Assembly (NCBI GenBank): GCA_002269645.1
Contig: NIVC01003345.1
Coordinates: 1-64,000 of the forward strand
DNA from: Macrostomum lignano
Taxonomy: Eukaryota
DNA: 64,000 nucleotides
Reading direction: 5' to 3'
The first letter of the stretch is position 1. Every line of letters begins with the position of its first letter. The notes under the pieces were generated by a model. The model did not search any database. It was given only the letters and a program-made list of their open reading frames with translations, and had not been told where the DNA came from. Shown here piece by piece: positions 14,086 to 26,649 of this stretch. The translations under genes were made by a program, and so were the position numbers.

Positions 14086-15140
14086 TGGACGACAAAGGAG
14101 ATGAAAGGGAAGAAGGAAAAAGCAAGAGGAAAATAGGGCAGATGCAGATGACTAAAAGAGGGGAAAATAGGAAGGCAAGGTCAAGAATGCATACGTGTAA
14201 AAATAGGGAATAAAAGGCCCTGCTGCGATGTTTTTAACGACTCATTTTTTATCCTTCGAGCTATCATTTGCCGCTGTCACATGAGCTCAAAGCGGTGATG
14301 GTGATTGACATCCAGCCTCCTTTGTTTGAATTGTAGAATAATATATGCTTCTGAAGTTTTTTATCATATTCGCTTCCCATAGTGATGATGACATCAAGGG
14401 TCATCAGAGGTAAATTCATCCTGGATGAATCCATTTTCCAAGATTATGGGAAGCAGAGTGGATATAAGGGGAATTTTTAACGGTATTAAGGATTTTTGGA
14501 GGGAAGAATGCGAAGATGAAGAGCATTGGAACAAGAAAAAAGCACTTCAACATTCAGTCTGTGATGCCGGGTGTTCCATCTGACCAGCGACTTCAACTAA
14601 AGGAGATCAGGATCCAAAACTTGGAGAGTTTGGAACTTGGAGTTAAACCCAGTTTTGAGGCAATTCTGCCCATTTCGCTGACTAGACGAGGATCACGACG
14701 CTTTTACGCCCTCTAGGCTGAACTGGCTAATATTCATGTCTCCCTGGAAACCACTATTGAGGTGTTGCTACTCCAGACTCCAGATCTAGATCGCCTTGAT
14801 TTGCGTACGTCCATGACTAAGTTCTGCTAATGTACTAGAGGAGCTGGGTTATAAAATAATAAAAAGGGGAACACTGCACGCCACCTGCTTGCCTTCAATA
14901 AACGTGTCCCTTCCTAACTATAGCCATTGTAAAGGTGTTTTCCTCAAAAAAAAAAGGTTCGAACACAGCAAACGCAATCAAGGAGCAACCACTCTAGAAG
15001 GAGAACTGGTGCTGCTGGTCTTAAAGGTCAGAGGTTGTGATGCGGTGAAATCTACCAGAATTATGTTTAAAGCGTCTTCTGTTAAAAGACTAATAAGTAA
15101 AGAATTTCTAAGCAAGTAATTCTGGTCACCGAACCTTCGT

Positions 15141-15700
15141 TGGCTTTATTGTCTATGGCCCGAGTGCAGTTCTGTGGCAGTGGCTTTATTGTCTATGGCC
15201 CGAGTGCAGTTCTGTGGCAGTGGCTTTATTGTCTATGGCCCGAGTGCAGTTCTATGGCAGTGGCTTTATTGTCTATGGCCCGAGTGCAGTTCTGTGGCAG
15301 TGGCTTTATTGTCTATGGCCCGAGTGCAGTTCTGTGGCAGTGGCTTTATTGTCTATGGCCCGAGTGCAGTTCTGTGGCATTGGCTTTATAGTCTATGGCC
15401 TGAGTGCAGTTCTGTGGCGGTGGCTTTATTGTCTATGGCCCGAGTGCAGTTCTGTGGCAGTGGCTTTATTGTCTATGGCCCGAGTGCAGTTCTGTGGCAG
15501 TGGCTTTATTGTCTATGGCCCGAGTGCAGTTCTGTGGCAGTGGCTTTATTGTCTATGGCCTGAGTGCAGTTCTGTGGCATTGGCTTTATTGTCTATGGCC
15601 CGAGTGCAGTTCTGTTGCAGTGGCTTTATTGTCTATGGCCCGAGTGCAGTTCTGTTGCAGTGGCTTTATTGTCTATGGCCCGAGTGCCGTTCTGTGGCAG
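15141..15700. repeat. 40-bp minisatellite, ~14 copies
   Basis: TGGCTTTATTGTCTATGGCCCGAGTGCAGTTCTGTGGCAG with no spacers. Confidence 0.95.
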
Positions 15701-16254
15701 TAACTTAGCTATCATCAATTTGACTTGTACTTTAAATTGTTTGTTTTTTACCAGGAGGTAATTCAAATTCAGTGAAGCTTTCTAAATGTAATGAATGTGG
15801 CTGGTCTATTGTCTGTTAAATTGGCCAGCCTGTCCCTTGTCCAGGTAGTTACAGTAAAAAAGGCCTTTGGTTGATCTCGGGAGCAGCTTAATGATCTTTC
15901 CTATTCAATCCGGGGCCCCTATTCAAACCATTCCCGTTTGGAGGACTCGTTCGTGTTTCGGGCTGCAGTAGTGTGTGCTTTTTTCGTTTGCTTGCATGCG
16001 GGGAACCGAGTGGCCGCGTCAACTGTAGCAATTAAGTAGCCAGGGGCTAAAAACACAGCCACGCACTTTCACTCTTTCCTTCATGGCTGGATAGCTTTGC
16101 TTTTTTTGTGCGCGAACTTTTGTGCATTCATCTGTTTGGAGTGTAGAGTATAAATTGCTTTGAGTGCAAAAATGAGTGCACAGTTATCGTAAAATTGCGT
16201 CGGAACTGGTAGCGTCACTTTTGATTCGTTATCTCACTGTCGTGGGTGCCATTC

Positions 16255-16450
16255 ATGGATGTAAAATACATCTCTTTGATTGTAAAATGTGCCACTTCGA
16301 TTGTAAAATGTGCCATTTAGACTGTAAAATGTGCCGCTTCGATTGTAAAATACATCTTTTTGACTGTAAAATGTGCCGCTTCGACTGTAAAATACATCTT
16401 TTTGACTGTAAAATGTGCCGCTTCGACTGTAAAATGTGCCATTTCGACTT
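16255..16450. repeat. 21-bp minisatellite (TTCGACTGTAAAATGTGCCGC)
   Basis: Tandem units. Confidence 0.85.
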
Positions 16451-17591
16451 TAAAAGACACCATGCTTTGACTGTAGAATGTGCTATTTCAACTGACAACC
16501 CATTTTTGAGATGTCTTACTTTTGTCTATTGGAAAGTTGCCAAGAAAGTTAATCATATTTCTGCACACTCGAAATCAATATGAATGGAGTGGAGAAGGAT
16601 ATTTCGAACACATTACACAACAATACGACTGGGTACGCAGGGGACCGCAGCGAAAGCCGAAATGAATCGACAACAGCTGTTGTTGGAACAGGGGGGGGGG
16701 ATTGCCTCATACACAAGGCCAGGAAACGAAGCCAAAAATCTATTAACACGACTTTGTCCAGGGATTTTTCTGGCTAACCTCCATCCCAATTCAGTAATGG
16801 AGTGGCGGGCAGTGAGGTTGCTATGCAAATTGTCAATGCAAATATATTCCAATGTATCAGAATGCTGGGTTCAAACAGATATTCCGAAATATTAAAGGGT
16901 TGGACTGACCGGCACCAGATATGCATCACAATGGCCGTGGCACGGGCCTGTTTTCCCTTAAGGCGGAAGAAAAAGAAGCACACACACACACACACACGAC
17001 TCCTTGCGGGCAGGGCGCGGGTCATATTGAATTTGTGCCTTTCGCGATCGTAAATTATCCAGGGAGGGGTTGGCAGTCGGGCGCAAGGAGGCCCGGCGAC
17101 ACAAACTGGCGGAGCAACTCCCCAGTTTCAGACACAACTGCAAATTGGCAAATCATCAGGCATGTACAGTCTCTGTGCCATGGGGACTGGACCTCGTGGG
17201 GTTTGTTAATTCTCGTGACCAAGCCTAATGGAACCAGGGCCCCATGAGTTGATGAAGCAATGTCACTGCAATTGCAAAAAGACTCTTCTTCTGCAACAGG
17301 CTGCAACAGGTGGTGAATCTATTTTCTTTGCTATTTACGCTTAGCTATGTTTATTGCTTAAGTTTTCTGCAATAAAATTCACACCTCTTTGTGAGCACTG
17401 TGTGAGCAGCTGATTGTTAAGCTTAGTAATAATAATATTCTAGAAGACCCCTTTAGTTTAGTTGCTGAAATAGGAATATTTCAACTGTTTTATTCTGGAG
17501 TGGAGTCTGGAACTGAGGGACATATTGCTAGCCTGAAAGAAATTTGAGGGTAGCCTGAAGGATTTTGGGAGGTCCCAAAGGATCATGTATG

Positions 17592-18420
17592 TCCTGAGGG
17601 AATCGGGTATGTCCTGAGGGAATCGGGTATGTCCTGAGGGAATCGGGTATGTCCTGAGGGAATCGGGTATGTCCTGAGGGAATCGGGTATGTCCTGAGGG
17701 AATCGGGTATGTCCTGAGGGAATCGGGTATGTCCTGAGGGAATCGGGTATGTCCTGAGGGAATCGGGTATGTCCTGAGGGAATCGGGTATGTCCTGAGGG
17801 AATCGGGTATGTCCTTATGGAATCGGGTATGTCCTGAGGGAATCGGGTATGTCCTGAGGGAATCGGGTATGTCCTGAGGGAATCAGGTATGTCCTGAGGG
17901 AATCGGGTATGTCCTGAGAAAATCGGGTATGTCCTGAGGGAATCGGGTATGTCCTGAGGGAATCGGGTATGTCCTGAGGGAATCGGGTATGTCCTGAGGG
18001 AATCGGGTATGTGCTGAGGGAATCGGGTATATCTTGAAAGATCGGGTATGTACTGAAGGATCGGGTAGTGTCCTGAACGATCGGGTAGTGTCCTGAAGGA
18101 TCGGGTAGTGTCCTGAAGGATCGGGTAGTGTCCTGAAGGATCGAGTAGTGTCCTGAAGGGTCGAGTAGTGTCCTGAAGGGTCGAGTAGTGTCCTGAAGGG
18201 TCGAGTAGTGTTCTGAAGGGTCGAGTAGTGTCCTGAAGGGTCGAGTAGTGTTCTGAAGGGTCGAGTAGTGTTCTGAAGGGTCGAGTAGTGTTCTGAAGGG
18301 TCGAGTAGTGTTCTGAAGGGTCGAGTAGTGTTCTGAAGGGTCGAGTAGTGTTCTGAAGGGTCGAGTAGTGTTCTGAAGGGTAGGGTAGTGTCCTGAAGGA
18401 TTGGGTGGTGTTTTGAGGGA
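17592..18420. repeat. 20-bp minisatellite with a polar sequence gradient
   Basis: GGGAATCGGGTATGTCCTGA grades into GGGTCGAGTAGTGTTCTGAA. Confidence 0.92.
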
Positions 18421-18724
18421 TTCGGAACGTTCATTTCAAGCCCGTTTACATCATAAGTAAAGTTGCAAAGGCGAAATTCTCAACTTAGCTTACTCAGATC
18501 AATTGATGCAACATCAAAGAGGGGGTTGATTTCTATCAGATGCCTGTTTGCCTGGGCGCATCGAATACTTTCTATCGCTGATTGACAGTGATGAAAAACA
18601 CAACTGATTCCGGATGTCCGTAGCGGCTAAATAGAAGCCCCACTGCCCAGATGACAGGATTATCAAATTTCAAGCGATATCAACCTTCATAATGTTGATA
18701 ATATTGATTCGTGAATGCGTTCAT

Positions 18725-19820
18725 AGGTGAGGTTATGAGTGAGTTCATGAGTGAGTTCATGAGTGAGTTCATGAGCAAGTTCATGAGTGAGTTTATGATG
18801 GATTTCATGAATGATTTTATGAGTGAGTTCATGAGTGAGTTCTTAAGTGAGTTTATGAAAGAGTTCATTAGCGAGTTCATGAGTGAGTTGGTGAGCGAGT
18901 TCATGAATGAGTTCATGAGTGAGTTCATGAGCGAGTTCATGAGTGAGTTCATGAGCGAGTTCATGAGTGAGTTCATGAGCGAGTTCATGAGCGAGTTCAT
19001 GAGTGAGTTGGTGAGCGAGTTCATGAATGAGTTCATGAGTGAGTTCATGAGCGAGTTCATGAGTGAGTTCATGAGCGAGTTCATGAGTGAGTTGGCGAGC
19101 GAGTTCATGAGCGAGTTCATGAGCGAGTTCATGAGTGAGTTCATGAGTGAGTTCATGAGCGAGTTCATGAGTGAGTTCATGAGCGAGTTCATGAGCGAGT
19201 TCATGAGCGAGTTCATGAGTGAGTTCATGAGTGAGTTCATGAGCGAGTTCATGAGTGAGTTGGTGAGCGAGTTCATGAGCGAGTTCATGAGCGAGTTTAT
19301 GAGTGAGTTCATGAGTGAGTTCATGAGCGAGTTCATGAGTGAGTTGGTGAGCGAGTTCATGAGCGAGTTCATGAGTGAGTTCATGAGCGAGTTCATGAGC
19401 GAGTTCATGAGTGAGTTCTTCAGTGAGTTTATGATGGAGTTCATGAGTGAGTTCATGAGTGAGTTTATGATGGAGTTCATGAGTGAGTTCATGAGCGAGT
19501 TCATGAGTGAGTTTATGAGCGAGTTCATGAGTGAGTTGGTGAGCGAGTTCATGGGTGAGTTAATGATCGAGTTCATGAGTGAGTTGGTGAGCGAGTTCAT
19601 GATTGAGTTCTTCAGTGAGTTTATGATGGAGTTCATGAGTGAGTTCATGAGCGAGTTCATGAGTGAGTTTATGATGGAGTTCATGAGTGAGTTCATGAGC
19701 GAGTTCATGAGTGAGTTGATGAGCGAGTTCATGGGTGAGTTAATGAGCGAGTTCATGAGTGAGTTGGTGAGCGAGTTCATGATTGTTTCTTCAGTGAGTT
19801 TATGATGGAGTTCATGAGTG
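18725..19820. repeat. 12-bp minisatellite (GAGTTCATGAGY)
   Basis: Tandem units; source of the MSEF and MNSL ORFs. Confidence 0.95.
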
Positions 19821-20342
19821 AAGTTCTACAAAACCAACAACCCAGAACAGTCGACTCACACGAATCGTAGAAGTCGGCAGATTATGTTTTAGACTCAGAC
19901 GGTCTTTTTCCTATCTTCTGTCTTCTGCAACAGCAGGTGGTGTCCAAAGCCAAGGAGAGAGCATGCAGCTACGACCCTACTGGCCCGTTGCTGGGCCGGA
20001 GCCCAAGGAGCATGCTTTATGCAACCCGCCATTCTGCAGTGGAGTTTTTATTGCCGCCAACCAATGAGAACTGCCACAGCCATTGTGCCTGCGCTATATT
20101 GGCCCAATGGTTGAATGCTTGGCTCCGGGTTCTTTATATCGACTCAAAGCTTGTATGGATACTACTGATGCGTTTGAATAGTCAGTAGTCAGATATGCAA
20201 ATTTGATACCTTAGAAAATTATGTTTAAAAATAAATGAAAGAAGCTTAAAAATGTGACAATATAGAAAATTTATTGGCATTATTTCGTTGAAGATTGATT
20301 TGAGTTGCTTTGGGACATGAATTCAAAAAGTTTCACATGCTC

Positions 20343-21020
20343 ACTTCTGTCAGTGCTCACTAATTGTGTCAGTGCTCACTAATGGTGTCAGTGCTCACAA
20401 TTTGTGTCAGTGCTCACTAATTGTGTCAGTGCTCACAATTTGTGTCAGTGCTCACTAATTGTGTCAGTGCTCACTAATTGTGTCAGTGCTCACTAATTGT
20501 GTCAGTGCTCACTAATTGTGTCAGTGCTCACTAATTGTGTCAGTGCTCACTAATTGTGTCAGTGCTCACTAATTGTGTCAGTGCTCACTAATTGTGTCAG
20601 TGCTCACTAATTGTGTCAGTGCTCACTAATTGTGTCAGTGCTCACTAATTGTCAGTGCTCACTAATTGTGTCAGTGCTCACTAATTGTGTCAGTGCTCAC
20701 TAATGGTGTCAGTGCTCACTAATTGTGTCAGTGCTCACTAATTGTGTCAGTGCTCACTAATTGTGTCAGTGCTCACTAATTGTGTCAGTGCTCACTAATT
20801 GTGTCAGTGCTCACTAATTGTGTCAGTGCTCACTAATTGTGTCAGTGCTCACTAATGGTGTCAGTGCTCACTAATTGTGTCAGTGCTCACTAATTGTGTC
20901 AGTGCTCACTAATTGTGTCAGTGCTCACTATTTGTGTCAGTGCTCACTAATTGTGTCAGTGCTCACTAATTGTGTCAGTGCTCACTAATTGTGTCAGTGC
21001 TCACTAATTGTGTCAGTGCT
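20343..21020. repeat. 19-bp minisatellite (GTGTCAGTGCTCACTAATT)
   Basis: Near-perfect tandem units. Confidence 0.95.
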
Positions 21021-21562
21021 CAAGTGTGCATAGCCATCCGATTTGCAAAATGGACTTCTAATTTTTTTAGAGAAAGATTCGTACCTATGAGGGCTGACCC
21101 TAAACTAACAATAAACAAACCACACTACTTTCAATACAGTACTAAGCATCCGAATTTTTCTATCGAAGACACTAGAAAGTAAAAGAGGCCATCTAACGAG
21201 ACAGAAATGGCTCAACTATTAGTAAAAGCAGCCGAAAATCTCCGAAATAAGGAAAGGAATACCTTTGATTTACTCTTGTCTATCCAAACCAACAGTCACC
21301 TACTTGCCTACATTTCATTTGGCTACAAGATCGGCAAAGCTCACAGACTTCTCTCTCTCTCTCTCTCCAGTTACCTTTGGCTATTTTAACACCGTGCGTG
21401 GCCTCACGAAAGTCATGCATGCTATTAAAAAAACTGCTGGCTGTGTGTATCGAGTCTTATCTGACATGCCAACCCCTGTCTCTCCGTGCGCACCCAGCAT
21501 AAATTCTAGCCCGTCTCGGCATAAGGCACTAAAATTCTCAGACTGGTGAACACCTGGAAACA

Positions 21563-21814
21563 ATGTCTTCGAATAGTTTAACAGGTGGCCAAGCCAACGA
21601 CAGCATATCGCTGGGTTCAAGCAGCTCAGATCAGAGCGGACGGCAAGATCAACAAGCCAACAGTCGGGTCAAGGAGCTGGTTATCGAGCGGCCAGCAGGC
21701 GGTCGGAAGTCCTACGGATTTGCAATTCGGACCTTTCGAATCCTGACTGTCCGGGGTCGCTGTGAGAGCCTGTCGTATGTGGACTACGTGGAGGATGGCA
21801 GCCCCGCTTGGCAG
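21563..21814 (+). CDS. Tamalin/GRASP/CYTIP-like PDZ scaffold, exon 1
   Basis: ELVIERPAGGRKSYGFAIRTF...VDYVEDGSPAWQ is the first half of a PDZ domain. Donor CAG|GTAGGG at 21814/21815, phase 0. Confidence 0.8.
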
Positions 21815-21816
21815 GT

Positions 21817-22443
21817 AGGGGCTCTGGAAATTGGAACTTCAGGAGAGCTGAGATTGGAACTTCAGGGGCTCTGGAAATTGGAACTTCAGGAGAGCTGAGA
21901 TTGGAACTTCAGGGGCTCTGGAAATTGGAACTTCAGGGGCTCTGAAAATTGGAACTTCAGGGGCTCTGGAAATTGGAACTTCAGGGGCTCTGGAAATTGG
22001 AACTTCAGGGCTCTGGAAATTGGAAATTCAGGGGCTCTGGAAATTGGAACTTCAGGGGCTCTGGAAATTGGAAATTCAGGGGCTCTGGAAATTGGAACTT
22101 CAGGGGCTCTGGAAATTGGAACTTCAGGGGCTCTGGAAATTGGAAATTCAGGGGCTCTGGCAATTGGAACTTCAGGGGCTCTTGAAATTGGAACTTCAGG
22201 GGCTCTGGCAATTGGAACTTCAGGGGCTCTTGAAATTGGAACTTCAGGGGCTCTGGAAATTGGAACTTCAGGGGCTCTGGAAATTGGAACTTCAAGGGCT
22301 CTGGAAATAGAAACTTCAGGGGATCTGGAAATTGGAACTTCAGGGGAGCTGAAATTGGAACTTCAGGGGCTCTGGAAATTGGAACTTCAGGGGAGCTGAA
22401 ATTGGAACTTCAGGGGAACTAAAACTAGACCTTCAGGGGAGCT
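21817..22443. repeat. 24-bp minisatellite (GGGGCTCTGGAAATTGGAACTTCA)
   Basis: Begins 2 nt after the PDZ-gene donor. Confidence 0.92.
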
Positions 22444-22675
22444 TGTTGTGGCGTGAGTACTAAGTACTAGTATTGAGTACTTCAGTTGCATCGTATTTAT
22501 GTTTCAACAATATTGTATTCAACTCAAGCATTGCGTACATGTAACATTTAGCCAATCGGCCAGGTGTTATACACCCAACGTGCACGGTTCACTAAAGCAG
22601 CGAAGTCAGTCGAGACTCTACAATTCTTATTCTCAATTCTCACTCGCATAAAACCCACGCGTTCAATACACAACA
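22444..22675. mobile_element. Solo LTR (232 bp) inserted in an intronic minisatellite
   Basis: Termini are TGTTGTG...CACAACA (TG..CA with a 7-bp inverted repeat). A perfect 5-bp duplication GAGCT lies at 22439-22443 and 22676-22680. The unique interior interrupts a tandem array. Confidence 0.8.
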
Positions 22676-23118
22676 GAGCTGAAACTAGACCTACAGGAAA
22701 CTGAAACTAGACCTTCAGGAAAACTGAACCTAAACCTTCAGGAAACTGAAACTAGACCTTCAGGAAACTGAAACTAGACCTTCAGGGAAACTGAAACTAG
22801 ACCTTCAGGAAAACTGAACCTATACCTTCAGGAAACTGAACCTAAACCTTCAGGAAACTGAAACTAGACCTTCAGGAAACTGAAACTAGACCTTCAGGAA
22901 AATGAAACTAGACCTTCAGGAAACTGAAACTAGACCTTCAGGAAAACTGAACCTAAACCTTCAGGAAACTGAAACTAGACCTTCAGGAAACTGAAACTAG
23001 ACCTTCAGGAAACTGAACCTAGACCTTCAGGAAACTGAAACTATACCTTCAAGAAACTGAAACTAGACCTTCAGGAAACTGAAACTAGACCTTCAGGGAA
23101 GCTGAAACTAGACCTTCG
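22676..23118. repeat. 22-bp minisatellite (GAAACTGAAACTAGACCTTCAG)
   Basis: Related to the 24-bp array on the other side of the solo LTR. Confidence 0.92.
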
Positions 23119-23179
23119 AGACAGCTTAAAGTAGACTTTGATTGAAGCTGAAATAATCAAATCCGTCATTATCCCGCAG

Positions 23180-23497
23180 GCGGGGCTGCTCCCAGGTCAC
23201 GTGCTCATCTCGGTGAACAATTTCTCAGTAGAAGCAGTCGAGCACCGTCTAATTGAGGACCGAATTCGCAGCTGCCACCAGCGGATGGTGCTTCGAGTTC
23301 GGTTCGAGAATGTTGCCGAGCGAGTGGAACTGGCCAGGCGAGCTCTGAGGCTGAGGCGCCTCATCAGGGAGAAGCTGTCCGCCCTGAAGCAGATCGAAGA
23401 CAGACAGAAGAAACTTGTAGAAGAAGCGTCAGAGTTGGTTGCAATTGCGAAACGAAAAGATAGTCGACAGACAGAAGAAGCTAAATCTGACATTTAG
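23180..23497 (+). CDS. Tamalin/GRASP/CYTIP-like PDZ scaffold, exon 2 (PDZ end, coiled coil, C-terminal SDI)
   Basis: Acceptor CCCGCAG|GCG at 23180, in frame. AGLLPGHVLISVNNFSVE...H completes the PDZ. ELARRALRLRRLIREKLSAL parallels the Tamalin/CYTIP leucine-zipper segment. The joined ORF is 189 aa. Confidence 0.8.
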   Translation, partial: AGLLPGHVLISVNNFSVEAVEHRLIEDRIRSCHQRMVLRVRFENVAERVELARRALRLRRLIREKLSALKQIEDRQKKLVEEASELVAIAKRKDSRQTEEAKSDI

Positions 23498-24319
23498 TTG
23501 ACTTGATTGGAGTTTTTAAAGGCTTAAAATCTCTTGCGTCTGTATTAAAGTTTTCGATTATGTACTGCTACATTCATTACATGTCCATTTTATTCCTTCA
23601 TCAGTGATGCCGGCTAGATTAGCAATCCATTCTAATCCTTGATCCATTATGGCGTTGGCTAGATTAGCAATCCTCTCTAATCCTTTGTTAAAGGTTTTGT
23701 TTGGAAAACAGGAATTTCGCATACGAAAATAAAATGCTGTAACGCTGGACAGAGAAGCGAGATTCAAGTAAGCGAAGCAAGATAATGGGAAAAATTTTTT
23801 GGAAATTGAGGGAAAGCAAAAGCCGCTAAAAGCAGAGCAGAAGCAGCTGCTTGGAAATTGAAGTAAACGCGTTTTTAAAGATTTTTACACTCGCACTATG
23901 AGAAGCGAGCCAGGAAAGATAGCACACAGATTTTGCAAAGCATTTTGGCTACTTAAAAAAGCAGGCAATCAGCCATTGGAAAAAGTGTTTTCCAGGAAAC
24001 GGGAGACAGTGTGAGCAGTTCAAGACGCGCCAAAGCAAAATACGATGGAAAACACTTTTTTCTATTAGTGGGGAAGAATTCCTGTCTGGCTCATTGCAAG
24101 CACGACATGGATATTGAATAATCGATTGCGGATGGGACGCACAGGCCTTTAAAAACTTCTTAGTGAATGTTTAGCATTCAAGCAGACTCTCTGTACGCGG
24201 TCTGCGAGGGAATTCTAATGGTTTTTTTAAACCTGATTAATGGCATCAGATCATGATTGGGAAGTTGTGTTTAAACAGATTCGCGAAATGCGATGCTTGG
24301 AGATGTGGCAGAAAACTGA

Positions 24320-24990
24320 GGAAGGGAGAGAGGAAGGGAGAGAGGAAGGGAGAGAGGAAGGGAGAGAGGAATGGAGAGATAAAAGGAGAGATGAATGGAG
24401 AGATAAAGGGAGAGAGGAATGGAGAGATAAAGGAAGAGATGAATGGAGAGATAAAGGGAGAGAGGAATGGAGAGAGGAAGGGAGAGAGGAATGGAGAGAT
24501 AAAGGAAGAGATGAATGGAGAGAAAAGGGAGAGATGAATAGAGAGATAAAGGGAGAGAGGAATGGAGATATAAAGGGAGAGAGGAAGGGAGAGAGGAAGG
24601 GAGAGATAAAGGGAGAGAGGAAGGGAGAGAGGAAGGGAGAGATAAAGGGAGAGAGGAAGGGAGAGAGGAAGGGAGAGATAAAGGGAGACAGGAAGGGATA
24701 GAGGAAGGGAGAGATAAAGGGAGAGAGGAAGGGAGAGAGGAAGGGAGAGAGGAAGGGAGAGAGGAAGGGAGAGAGGAAGGGAGAGATAAAGGGAGAGAGG
24801 AAGGGAGAGAGGAATGGAGAGATAAAGGGAGAGAGGAAGGGAGAGATAAAGGGAGAGAGGAAGGGAGAGAGGAAGGGAGAGAGGAAGGGAGAGAGGAAGG
24901 GAGAGAGGAAGGGAGAGAGGAAGGGAGAGAGGAAAGGAGAGAAAAAGGGAGAGAGGAAGGGAGAGAGGAAGGGAGAGATAGGGAGAGACA
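24320..24990. repeat. 12-bp purine array (GGGAGAGAGGAA)
   Basis: Direct reading. Confidence 0.92.
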
Positions 24991-25574
24991 GGGCAGACAA
25001 AAAGGCAGAGTCAGGGGATTTTGTAGCAGTCCGCAAACCGGGCCAGGTGCTGAGAGGCTGCTGTTTTTGAGGCGCCACTGTGCAGATGATCCCCTAAATA
25101 TGGGAGCTACTCGTTAATCCCTCGGGGGGTATTTGAACTGGCAGGCCTGATGTCTCACGCGCTCGCTCGCCCTAAGGGGGTATCGAAATCTGAAAGCTGT
25201 CACGGGGCTACAAATGGCGAAATAAAATCAGTGAACTGGGGAGAGCTCGATAAAACAGCTGCTGCACTGAATATTCAGTTTAAGTGATTTAACTTGTTGA
25301 AAATGAGCTTTGCTTGAGTGCTTTTTTTAATCGCCTCAAAGACTGATTAAGGCGATGGAGGTTGCCTCGTGTTCGAGTAATGGCTGTTCATTGACTCAGC
25401 TTCAGCTTAAATGAGGATCTTGGTGGGGGGGGGGACGAGAGGAGTGAGCGGTGATTGAGACTGACTAATTTTTGAGCAAACACAACTGCTCAGGAAGAGT
25501 TCAATTCTTGCTAAACTTTGTGGCATGGCTGTCTGCATTCTAGAGATCTGTCTTCAGCTCAAGCAGCTGTCTCA

Positions 25575-25783
25575 GATTCAATTTGATTCTGTCTCAGATT
25601 CAAATTGTGTCTCAGATTGTGTCTCATATTGTGTCTCAGATTGTGTCTCAGATTGTGTCTCAGATTGTGTCTCAGATTGTGTCTCAGATTGTGTCTCAGA
25701 TTGTGTCTCAGATTGTGTCTCAGATTGTGTCTCAGATTGTGTCTCAGATTGTGTCTCAGATTGTGTCTCAGATTCTGTCTCAG
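25575..25783. repeat. 12-bp minisatellite (ATTGTGTCTCAG)
   Basis: Tandem units. Confidence 0.92.
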
Positions 25784-26649
25784 GTTCACTATCAGCCTCA
25801 TCCTTATCGCTGCCGCTTCTTAAACGAATCAAAACTCGGAGAAGCTGCTGCAGCAGAACTGAGTCCCTGCAGTGATCAATTGAATGGCATAATTGAAAAT
25901 TTCGATCCATCTTGCTGCAGCCCTTGGCGGGCAGAAGGCTGAGAAACCGCAGAAGATGAAGCTCAGGAAAATATATGATCTGTAATCAGCATGGTTCCAT
26001 CATCACGGAACTGAAATTCCTGATGAAGGCGCTATGAGAGTTAGATAAATCAATTATTATCCTATTATATTGATATAAATTTCCCCCAATCCGGCACTTT
26101 GATGCGGGGCCGCAACTCTCGGTCGCTGCTTCTTCAAACTTCATCATTTCCTCATCCCGAATCTCCGGTGTCTCCGATTTCTACAACAAACAAATCAGAG
26201 AGAATCGCAAGGCTGTTTGCTGGGCGATTGGGAGGGGGCGCTGGGTTATTGAATTTTCCCCCAAGGAGAATAATTTTGATTAGTATTTTGATGACACAGG
26301 CAGGTGCAATCGAGATGAAGACGGTCCGGAGACTCCTAATTGATAGATAAACTGAAAACAATCCCCAGCATGCGGCTGGCTGTCCCGGACCCAAAGCAAA
26401 CCGAGCGTGGCCAATCGGCCAACCAACCTGATATCCCCTTAAATGCGGTCGAGTTTTGGGAATTCGCCAGCTGCCGGGAAACGAGTTGTTAAGAGGAAGG
26501 TGCAAGAAGACCCAGGCAAAGGAGGCAAAGAAGAAATTCGAGCACAAGGTTGAGAGCCGAGCACGATTCTGGTCTGCAGCTTTGAGACTCGAAAAAGTGA
26601 TTTTCGAAGATTTTCTAAGAAAGCTCAAATATTGGCCAGCGTGTGACCT

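Noticed and set aside
15141-15700. CRISPR-like look of the 40-bp repeats (also the 48-bp and 52-55-bp arrays)
   Set aside because: Units are head-to-tail with no unique spacers, there are no cas genes, and the context is eukaryotic.
18680-19805. Opposing 364-366 aa ORFs (MSEF)n and (MNSL)n
   Set aside because: A 12-bp unit lacking stops in those frames; no splice or domain evidence.
25784-25942. Possible extra exon after the 12-bp array (TCTCAG|GTT)
   Set aside because: The AG is part of the repeat unit, no frame gives a recognisable domain, and the PDZ gene already has a sensible stop.
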